The notes beneath the pieces are model-generated. The model made no database searches, was not told where the DNA came from, and was given only the letters and a program-made list of their open reading frames with translations. A stretch of DNA of 64,000 bases from the NCBI GenBank assembly GCA_000165345.1, contig CM000434.1:1120001-1184000 (forward strand), read 5' to 3'. Within the stretch, counting starts at the first letter, position 1. Each line of letters starts with the position of its first letter. Position numbers and translations under genes: made by a program. Positions 22,701-30,603 of the stretch are shown here, piece by piece.

Positions 22701-23222
22701 CATATAAAACGAAGCTGCATTAAGAGATGAGAGAGATTGCAGAAGAATTTGTCTTCCCCTTGGAATAGCTTCAGCCAATGTTAATAACAGATGAGACCCA
22801 TGCCCGTCTATAATTATACATGTTTCACAAATTAACATATAATTACAGCTTGTACAGCAATAAGTCAATTCTTTATTTTTATGTCTTTTACATTGATTCT
22901 TTTGCTTTTCCTGAAGGCTCTTTGCTGTATCTGTTCTAGATATTGACAAATGTTGTACTGATATAATGTCATGGTAACTACCCGCAGAAACATGATTCAT
23001 ATGAGCACATGATGCACAGTAGAAGCACATACATGTGCTACAGTAGAGAGTGCTTTTAGAAATCCAACAGTGCATACATATTCTATCATCCATATTGATC
23101 TTGGATTCTTCACTAGAACTGAACTGTTCAAATAGCTTCCCTATGCTATTATTTATATTCATTGCTCTCGGATCCCGCGTGCTTGCGTTATCCTTATTTG
23201 CTGAATTTTTGTTTTCGAGCAT
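19746..23222 (-). CDS. Large hypothetical protein with tandem B-box-type zinc fingers and a coiled coil (TRIM-like without RING), and a possible PH-like region
   Basis: 1158 aa. The Cys/His-rich N-terminus contains CMHCWISKSTLYCSTCMCFYCASCAHMNHVSAGSYHDI and CKRHKNKELTYCCTSCNYMLICETCIIIDGHGSHLL, followed by a heptad-rich segment. Serine-rich, low-complexity C-terminus. Confidence 0.5.
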   Translation of the reverse strand: MLENKNSANKDNASTRDPRAMNINNSIGKLFEQFSSSEESKINMDDRICMHCWISKSTLYCSTCMCFYCASCAHMNHVSAGSYHDIISVQHLSISRTDTAKSLQEKQKNQCKRHKNKELTYCCTSCNYMLICETCIIIDGHGSHLLLTLAEAIPRGRQILLQSLSSLNAASFYMSQKISEISALAEQRKTIFENNLLNVEDTQKSLTRAITSEEQLLFTELNLLASKLDRGGKDICNSCVDLKELLVSVCGEVSIILQLAKDSPSHSLNRYVKISNVVKGTLDSSYRVLVPELQHLSVPYWNLFPDVIDDVLNDTNKYTQEHIDHAMKLSDAITKIASGDISVVEDIGPINVQVYSQGKQGDRAARAKVHKIFTSKLKMIQHEKLKNIQNPLIAPKSSLKLDPTKSKAKSKAAQTGPKLQEWLGLRDWKNNQSKKQNVTINKNLPAFKMMNEINNSANKAKKSIFDDFGLMRALSDGDIKVDEIVEKDIEIMTIGRDKKLEAIGRTKEEKLKTEEFYESQVHFTGTLMGACIYTKKEDGSEVFKMDYELTQINIKYCFPFIVIYDASNTGDQNSKDSSIRENSNIIDKAHSVKGEIGYTLPTISPGLERIDIPIILGKIEKPRNSLFVADIRQSNIRIQSIHSNSITPETSKFLGAAANSWKPIEDGFEISNVIKGNTIDSWVFSCIDFNNAEKWISMLKGEDSDVKSCIQKIGTARLCVKSLNKRNSFKMSNSKLTKNPTGSNDERAFIDVVPNVPNNTREKLLISTQPDHHELTQTIVYEDDEGEYYEEQEIDLPDVMSIRLDRKLSAKKTKSLEKLMIPSILKVGKEPVIQIEKLYVIGSSLNANPLQVVVLTKSNLYITSAEIFEKNLSHDLLLDEYSIHEKCFTDNIQLSDSTHPNDVSSRFSIISSNLKESPTSNDNSSNSNNFGFEYRDHGRSLPSNTATNDKNNNSSYSNAATITFICPTKDSELIWLDSIHNHTKKKPLKYWRQILDGIIVRHRRITRSPKSSKGSRSSKPSSILPGSRHRSSIKFEDSDRFTDTSIQNQKLESETKNHNYKDSHLENSKVKKTNGTHATHSDIQEHTSMSDQEKKSTREVNLSKHNSESSNHLKNNQSLVRFNLDNHHNVEKSHRIPSTKSSHASNDFQHIFKEGSFS

Positions 23223-23593
23223 TTTTACTCCCTTCTTGACTTTTCTAGTTGAATTTATTACCTGATTACCGTGGGATTAAGCTTGATCTTTACTTTTAAT
23301 ATTTAAAAGTTGTTTTTTTCTCGTTTCAAACTTATTAATTGTTAATCACCAACTGAGTTTCTGGTAAATTAGTATTTAAGTCAAATTGTAGTTTTTTAAA
23401 AAAATTCTCATCCAACTTTTAATTCACAAGTTTATTACCTTTTATGTATGACTATTAACATTTAAAATTCTTTCGTCCCAGTTTCTTTGACTAGTTATTA
23501 CTTGGCTCTTACATTACATGCGTTATGTCTACCAAGACTTGACATTTAGTCTTTTGACCAGAAATGTTATGAAAATATAAATAGTAAAAATGT

Positions 23594-24913
23594 TCAGAAA
23601 AATTGGCATTCTGACTCAACCAAACCAATTTTATCAAAAATTGCACATACATATTTTCCTATTGGAAGTCTATTGGATTTGAAAATTGTCCATCTCAAAA
23701 TTCTCAAATTGTGGGGAGCTAGATTATTACATGCATTCGGGTTTCCCGCGTATTCTTCGTGCACTTTTCCAATATTTTCAATAAGTATTCGATTATGAGG
23801 TGAGAGAAACCAATTATAGTCAATTTCTGTTGAAAATGCTCTTGTTGGTGGAGGCATGTAGAATGTTCCAAATCCTTCACAATGAACGCTTTTTGGGTAA
23901 TTGACATCGCATAAAAGCTGATTTGAGCAGTAGCCAAGGACGGTGTTAGTTTGTTTAATAGATTGTTTAGCGAGTGAAGTTACAACTGAAGATATATTTA
24001 GAGCCTTAGATACATACCTAATTAATCTCCCAACTATAAAGACCTTTTCTTTGACTTCTTTATAGTAATTATTAGAAAGTTCTTGAGCTTCAATAAAGTT
24101 ATGGGATCCCAGCAATGATGTAATTGGGTCAATAACAACTAGTTTGAGTCTTTTTAGTTCTTTTTGTTTGATTCTTGGTAGGTCATATAGTAGTTTTTGT
24201 AGTTGAGCACAATCATCTACAGTCACTACACAAATGTTCGAGAGGAGGAGTTCCAAATTATGACTAATTTCTGTTGAATATTGTGAGTTTTGAGTCATTT
24301 CAAGTTCTCCACACAATCTTTGAAAACATTTCTTCATGAAAATTGGATCAAAACTATTGTCGGTTGTTTGAATGTAAATAACTTGATATGGAGAAATTCC
24401 TTCTAACTCTGTTTCAACATTTAAGCTTTCTAATGTTGAGTTAAACATAGTATTTGATATAATCCAGTGAACAACCCTTCTGATAACTGGTAGATCATGC
24501 CCAAAAAGTTCAGTGGTTTCACCTGCAAGAAATCCTCCATCAAAAAAATCCATTAGTATATCGGATCCTAGGTTTATATGCGATCTTAAGTCTCCATTCT
24601 GGGACCAGTTTTCTCTAGCTTCCTCTAATAATTTTTTACCTGTTACAAATCCAGTTTCAATACCAATACCACAAAGGTTAATTTTTTGGTCTTCTGTGAC
24701 GTTATTAGGGAAGCATGTAATTTTTTCTCTACATTTTGAGTAAATCCTTGCTTCTTGAAAGCTTTTTAGCCCTTTTTTTCTTAGGTTATCTAATAAAAGC
24801 TGTGGAATTGTTTTTATATCATTTTTAACGAGCTCATTTTTTGTTTCCTCATCAAGTTCAAGAATGTCAAAGAGATCGTTGTTCTCTTTACTTTTACTGA
24901 AATCGTCAGGCAT
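23594..24913 (-). CDS. RAD51/RecA-family paralog with a degenerate Walker A (probably ATPase-inactive)
   Basis: 439 aa. It has an N-terminal HhH-like segment (IKTIPQLLLDNLRKKGLKSFQEA). LGSDILMDFFDGGFLAGETTELFGHDLP aligns to RAD51 [32 protein letters not shown] with the GKT replaced. The Walker B-like stretch LKLVVIDPITSLL matches ALLIVDSATALY. FIVGRLIRYVSKALNISSVVTSLAKQ matches [27 protein letters not shown]. Confidence 0.55.
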   Translation of the reverse strand: MPDDFSKSKENNDLFDILELDEETKNELVKNDIKTIPQLLLDNLRKKGLKSFQEARIYSKCREKITCFPNNVTEDQKINLCGIGIETGFVTGKKLLEEARENWSQNGDLRSHINLGSDILMDFFDGGFLAGETTELFGHDLPVIRRVVHWIISNTMFNSTLESLNVETELEGISPYQVIYIQTTDNSFDPIFMKKCFQRLCGELEMTQNSQYSTEISHNLELLLSNICVVTVDDCAQLQKLLYDLPRIKQKELKRLKLVVIDPITSLLGSHNFIEAQELSNNYYKEVKEKVFIVGRLIRYVSKALNISSVVTSLAKQSIKQTNTVLGYCSNQLLCDVNYPKSVHCEGFGTFYMPPPTRAFSTEIDYNWFLSPHNRILIENIGKVHEEYAGNPNACNNLAPHNLRILRWTIFKSNRLPIGKYVCAIFDKIGLVESECQFF

Positions 24914-25195
24914 TGTAAAAATATCAAGTAATTATTTTGACCAGTTTTAGATACTTTTAATCTACTAGATAAGTCCATACATATATATACATATACATAA
25001 GTTTATTTATTATTTTGATTATTCCAACTTAACTCCTACTTATCCATTAAGTATAGTGGGGGAACGGTATAATTAACCAAAAGTTTATGAAAAAATTACC
25101 CATAAAAAAAAAAAATCAACAATTAACTGGAAGACTCAATTATAGTTTATTTTGATCTTAGAAAGATGCCACCAGATTCATTAATAAATATTTTC

Positions 25196-25281
25196 TATCC
25201 ACATGAAGTGTCAAATTTGCATGGTATATTTTATGCATGCAAACACCGGTATAGGAATGTGTGCAATAATGTGGACAAATA
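25196..25281. promoter_or_regulatory. Composite module (ATCCACATG, GTCAAATTTGCATGG, ATGCATGCA, ACCGGTAT, GTGGACAAAT) in the divergent promoter between the RAD51-paralog and the COWP-like gene
   Basis: The sequence is atccacatgaagtgtcaaatttgcatgg...tatgcatgcaaacaccggtatagg...atgtggacaaat. Confidence 0.45.
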
Positions 25282-25518
25282 AATAATAATAGATTAAAGA
25301 ATATAATTAAATATTTAAAGAAAATTTTTCGTTAATAATGACTAATCATGAAAGTTATAATATGAATCTTTAATTGATTTTAAAAAATGCATATTTTCAC
25401 ATAAATTAAAAAGAGGTAATTATTTTTCAATTAGAAAATTCAATAAGCAAGCTCGCAAAAATGTTTAAATAAATCAGTCAAATTTAGCAATTAGTATGAA
25501 AAGTTGGAATTACTAGTA

Positions 25519-27096
25519 ATGATGAGCAAAAAGGAGTTTGAGCGTTTACAAGCAGTTATTTTAGTATGTTTATTATATTTATGTATCCATGTTGAAGGAA
25601 ATGGCAGAAATGTAACAGGATTTGTACCAGAATTTAGGAATTCAAGAAGAGAGCCAATTCTTACAAGAGCACCTCCGGTTACAATACTTGGAGATCCAAG
25701 CATATCACTAACTATTCCAGCAAGAAAAGTTTGTTATAAGGGCTCATTTGATTCGAAGTATAATTCGTGTACTTATATAGATAAGAATGATGAGGCAGTT
25801 CCAATTTATAAGGTAAGTAATATGAAGGATTTCCAACTAATATAAATTTAATAACAAAATGGAAATTAATATTTCTTTGTAAAGCCTTGTATAGGTAATT
25901 CAACATTGGTAGATGGATATTGCATTGGAACAATGATTTCAGATTACGAAAAGTATTGTCATGGATAGTAAGTGCAATTGAAATGAATTATGAGATTTGG
26001 TTAATTCAGGTAAATTAAAGCTTTAGATTGAATAATGAGGATTTATGCATAAATTACTCAACCTATACTCCGCCTAGAAGGATTTGCCCTGAAGGATTTG
26101 AGTTGAAATCGGTAGGTCAACAACAATTGCAAGTTAAAAGGTGTGTGAGGAAATTGTATTCGAGACCAATAAAAATTCCTGTAACGGATTCTTTGGGAAG
26201 AGAAAAGTATAAAACAGAATGTAGTCACAAAGATAATAAGTATTGCCCAATAGTTAGGGCACCACAACCTGCTAAATATGTAATGCAATGCCCTAAAGGC
26301 GCAAAGTTAGTTAGTTCTTTTGATAACTCAAAAGCAACATGCGAAACCAAAGTAACAGTTGTTCCAGACTTTGATAGAAGATGTGGGGGAGAGCAGTCTG
26401 GGTGGTTTTGGGATGGGGAATTAAATGTATGTTTAAAACTAAGAACACATGAGCCAAAGTTACGCTGCCCACATCCAAGACCAAAATTAGGGATGGAAAT
26501 AGGAAATTGGGATACACCAGAATATGAACCTCATCCAATATATACATGTTTGGCAAATAGAGCTAGAGCAATAGTAAAGGGTAAGTGTGTAAATATATTC
26601 AGTTAATTAATTTATACAAATATTTCAAAAAACAAATTTCAGGTTGCCCACCTGGTTACACGTTAAAAAAAAGAAAGTGTTTCAGACTTATTAGGCTTCC
26701 TTATGAATTGGATTGTGAGCATGCTGAAGGGTAAGTTTTAATTAATATGTTCTTAAACAATAGTTAAAATCACATCAAACTATTTACTCTTCTTATTTCT
26801 TCCCCACTATTTATATTTCTAGGTTCAAGTTTGAATATGACGCCTCTACAAAAAAAGCAGTTTGTAGATTCAAATTTAATCAGCAGGACTACATTGGTCT
26901 TCCAAGTTATCCTTCTTCAAGAGAAGCATTGACTTCCCATAAAATATTTAAGCATGCTAATATTGAGGATATAATTCGGGCATATCAGCAAGGTACTTTA
27001 AATATCAGGACAATAGAGGAGGAACTAGTAAAAGAATACGACCTATTGGCAAAAATGGAACAAGGAAAGGAGCAAGTTGAACGCCCAGAAGAGTAA
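25519..27096 (+). CDS. Secreted cysteine-rich COWP-like protein (oocyst-wall-protein type I CPxG[FY]xL repeats), five exons
   Basis: The exons are 25519..25812, 25885..25967, 26021..26580, 26643..26730 and 26823..27096. All four donors are GTAAGT (25813, 25968, 26581, 26731). The acceptors are AAAG, AAAG, TTTCAG and TTCTAG, and the phases are consistent (0, 2, 1, 2), giving about 432 aa. The signal peptide reads MMSKKEFERLQAVILVCLLYLCIHVEG. Repeats include RICPEGFELKS...C, QCPKGAKLVS...C and GCPPGYTLKKRKC. The track showed only fragments, with TTG called as M at 25504 and 26028. Confidence 0.55.
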
Positions 27097-27172
27097 TACT
27101 CATATTAATCGTTATTTAAATAATTCATTATACTAGTATTTATACATTTAGAATAATATAAAGATAAACTGT

Positions 27173-27187
27173 CTGGCGCCGGCGGGA
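27173..27187. promoter_or_regulatory. E2F-like composite box TGGCGCCGGCGGGAA, 85 bp upstream of the DEAD-box helicase ATG
   Basis: Overlapping GGCGCC and GGCGGGAA cores. Confidence 0.5.
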
Positions 27188-27257
27188 ATGCATAACTGTA
27201 AAAGCTGACATTAATTATTTATTCGAAGGCGAAATAAAGAGGAGAGAGAAAATAAAG

Positions 27258-28889
27258 ATGTGGAGTTCTTTAGAGTTAAGTAGGCCTTTATTAAAGGCAT
27301 TAAGCGATTTGAACTTTGTAGAAGCAACGTTAATTCAGAAGGAGGTAATTCCATTGGCATTATCGGGAAGAGATATTATGGCTGAGGCAGAAACAGGAAG
27401 CGGAAAGACAGCAGCATTTTTATTACCTGCATTGGAAAGATTATTGAGGTCACCATATGTTCGAAATTCCAGGGTATCATCATTGGGAAGAGTTGGTGGA
27501 GCAGTTGGTACAAAGGTGTTGGTATTATTGCCAAGTCGTGAACTAGCAATGCAATGCTTTGGAGTATTAGAATCTTTGACAAAATATTGCCCAGTGATAA
27601 CCAGGGCAGTAGTAACAGGTGGGATGAATATTCAACAGCAAGAAAGAATACTTAAATGCCAACCACATATTGTTATAGCAACACCAGGAAGAATTTTGGA
27701 TATGCTATTAAATACATTAAGCATACAGTTAGAATTATTGGAAATAATTATATTGGATGAAGCTGACAGATTATTGGATATGGGGTTTCGTCAAGAATGT
27801 TTGGAAATTCTTAAATATTCATCTAGAACTCGCCAGACAATGTTATTTTCAGCAACATTAAGTAGAAGTGTAACAGATTTAGCTTTATTGGCTCTAAATA
27901 ATCCATGCAAAGTATCTACAGTTGGTCTCAAATCAGGGATCAAATCTGTAGGAAGTTCAGGAGAATCAGAATTATTATCTATTACAGGTTTATCATCAAC
28001 ATTAGAACAAGAATTTCTTGAGATTACTAAAGAAGAAGAAAGAGAAGGCGCTTTGTTTTATATTTTAAATAAGATATTTACAAAAAGGGTTATAGTCTTT
28101 TTCCAAACTAAAAAAGAAGCTCATAGATGTGCAATTTTAGGAAATATTTTTGGATTATCATCAACAGAGTTACATGGATTCTTACCACAAGAAAAACGTT
28201 TAGAAAATTTTTCAAAGTTTAAATCTGGACAAGTTGATATTTTATTTGCTAGCGAACTAGCAGCAAGAGGATTGGATGTACAAGATGTTTCTGCAGTTAT
28301 CAATTTCACTATTCCATTAGAAGCTTCTAGATATATTCATAGAGTTGGAAGAACTGCAAGAATTGGATCTAAAGGCAATTGCATTACAATTTACACTCGA
28401 AGCGAAAGAAGCCAGTTAAAAGCTTTAATGAAACAGGTACTAAGAGCAGGTAATAAGTCTTCTGTTGCAGGAAGAGACACAAAAGAAAATGTATCTTCAA
28501 TTATGAAGAAGAGAACTCTTGCTACTAATAACATTAATCAATGGGTTGAGAAAATATCTAATTCTGAAAAACAAGTCAAAGATGCAATAAAAGCAGATAT
28601 TACAGAAAAAGAACTTAGAATTGCTGAGATGCAAGTAAATAAAGCGCAAAATATTCTTTTACACAAAAAAGATATTGAATCCAGGCCAAGAAAAAAGTGG
28701 ATAAAAAGCAAAAAAGAAAAGGATTTAACTAGAGAATCTGCAAAAAAGGATTTATTAAAATCTTGTTCTTCACTAATTGGCCAACATTCGGCATTTAATC
28801 AAGTTAAGAATACTCTTCAAAATGATTTAAAATCCAGTAACAAAACGGTTACTAATAAAAACAAAAAAAGAAAATTATCACAAAAATGA
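27258..28889 (+). CDS. DEAD-box ATP-dependent RNA helicase (DDX27/Drs1-like) with a basic C-terminal tail
   Basis: 543 aa. The Q-motif region is followed by motif I AETGSGKTAAFLLP, Ia PSRELA, II DEADRLLDMGF, III SAT and VI HRVGRTAR. The C-terminus is K/R-rich. Confidence 0.85.
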   Translation: MWSSLELSRPLLKALSDLNFVEATLIQKEVIPLALSGRDIMAEAETGSGKTAAFLLPALERLLRSPYVRNSRVSSLGRVGGAVGTKVLVLLPSRELAMQCFGVLESLTKYCPVITRAVVTGGMNIQQQERILKCQPHIVIATPGRILDMLLNTLSIQLELLEIIILDEADRLLDMGFRQECLEILKYSSRTRQTMLFSATLSRSVTDLALLALNNPCKVSTVGLKSGIKSVGSSGESELLSITGLSSTLEQEFLEITKEEEREGALFYILNKIFTKRVIVFFQTKKEAHRCAILGNIFGLSSTELHGFLPQEKRLENFSKFKSGQVDILFASELAARGLDVQDVSAVINFTIPLEASRYIHRVGRTARIGSKGNCITIYTRSERSQLKALMKQVLRAGNKSSVAGRDTKENVSSIMKKRTLATNNINQWVEKISNSEKQVKDAIKADITEKELRIAEMQVNKAQNILLHKKDIESRPRKKWIKSKKEKDLTRESAKKDLLKSCSSLIGQHSAFNQVKNTLQNDLKSSNKTVTNKNKKRKLSQK

Positions 28890-29031
28890 ATATAATTTTA
28901 TCATTCTAGTTTTAATTAATTTATATTAATTCTTAAAGTTTATTTTTTCTTCTCATTATTATGATTATTCTTTAAACCCTGATTTGTCACTTTTACCGTT
29001 TTATTACGTGGCATTTTTTCTGATATATTAT

Positions 29032-29080
29032 TATCCACATTAATTCCAAATGCATGCATGCATGCAAAAAACACGTAATT
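29032..29080. promoter_or_regulatory. Composite module (TATCCACAT, TGCATGCATGCATGCA, ACACGTAATT) in the tail-to-tail region between the DEAD-box and roadblock genes
   Basis: The sequence is tatccacattaattccaaatgcatgcatgcatgcaaaaaacacgtaatt. Confidence 0.4.
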
Positions 29081-29151
29081 ATAGGTTAACAATTATTCAG
29101 TTTCTTTATTATTATATTTTGAAAAATTTTTAGATAACTTAATTAATTTCA

Positions 29152-29876
29152 TTATCCAGATAAAGCGTTATTAATGTTGTTAAACTTAATATGTACTTTT
29201 CCAATAGAAGCATTATATTCAAACCATACAATTAAGAATAGATTTTTAAAGTGCGTGTGACCAATGATAAATTTCCCATTAGAACTTTCTAAATAAAAGT
29301 CTTTAATAGTGTGATTATTAGAATTATATTCGTTAAAAGAGCTAACTAATACTGAAGAAATATGTTTAATTTGTGAATTTGTTTCTGAATTTTCTTTTTT
29401 CATTCCCAAAGAAAAAATACCTCCTTCTTTATTTACTAAGCTAAAGTAAAACAATTTAGTTATTTGCTTGTTTCCTTAAAGAAATATGATTAGCCTCCTT
29501 GAATATATTTTAAATATGTCAAATAATAGTGTTGAAGTCCTGTGAAATATAACTAAAAATAATCCCAAAATTTCATTTGGAATTTTGTTATTTTTAACTG
29601 AAATATATCCCACCCAAAAAAATTATTTATTGTAAGGATAATATTTCCAACACATACACACACAACCTCTCAAAGCTTTTGATTTGTAGGATTCAAAGAA
29701 TTATTGAAATAAATATTTATATTTATTTAATATTTATAAATACTTATACAATATATATTATTCTGTTGATAGAGAAATGGAGACAACCTAGCTCAAACTT
29801 ACATTATTGCTTTTATTTCATCACTTTCACAAATTTCTCGATTTAAAAGTTCATTCAAGTTTTTTGAATTGATCAT
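29152..29876 (-). CDS. Roadblock/LC7 (MglB) family dynein light chain-like protein, two exons; absent from the ORF track as a complete gene
   Basis: Exon 1, 29876..29803, has ATG at 29876 and reads MINSKNLNELLNREICESDEIKAI plus AT. The donor GTAAGT is at 29802..29797 and the intron is 362 nt. The acceptor TTTTACTTTAG has its AG at 29442..29441. Exon 2, 29440..29152, reads (I)LVNKEGGIFSLG...FKNLFLIVWFE... The 120-aa product aligns to roadblock ([35 protein letters not shown]). The track ORF 29152..29454 starts at a TTG. E2F-like boxes lie at 29930..29942 (54 bp upstream) and 30186..30198. Confidence 0.5.
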
Positions 29877-30603
29877 TTTTTATTTATTATATTACCATTT
29901 TTTCTTCAATATTGAAAAATGGCCCAAAATTCCCGCCAAAATTTTTATATTTTCAAGTTAAATCAAATATGCATGCATACATGCATATTACATGTATATT
30001 AACAAAAAATTAATTTTTCAAAATAAAAAGAAAACAATAATAAACAATAATAACTAAACAATTGATTATATTTATTCCAATACAAATGTTTATATTGAAT
30101 TTGTTCTTCTTCTATTACAATAATAAATTTCTTTTATTATTGTAGATTCAACAAATTATTTTAATATTAAATTTCATCATGAATCTTTTGGCGGGAACGT
30201 CCAACATAGAAATCAGAATAACAGAAAAAATAAATTTAAAACTTTACAGAATATTAAATCAAATGGTATCGAGACGAGACGAGACAAATAACAATACAAG
30301 ATTTTTCTTCTTCATATTGGCAGAATTAATTTTTTTTACTTGATAGTGATTTTTTTAAATTATAACTAACGAATCTAATATATAGGTATAAATTTTGAGC
30401 ATATTTTTGGTGGATTTACTATAGGAAATTTGACTTCATAAAAATCTCTTTGAGACTGCGATAAGCTTGATAAATGACTTCCTCAGCTAAATAAGTATTT
30501 CAAATATGTTTTTTCTTTCCTTTCTTACTTTTCTCCTCTTTCTCTCACTTTCCTTCTTCCCTTCTTTCTCTCCCCATTCTATTTAGCTAATCCTTCCAAT
30601 CAT

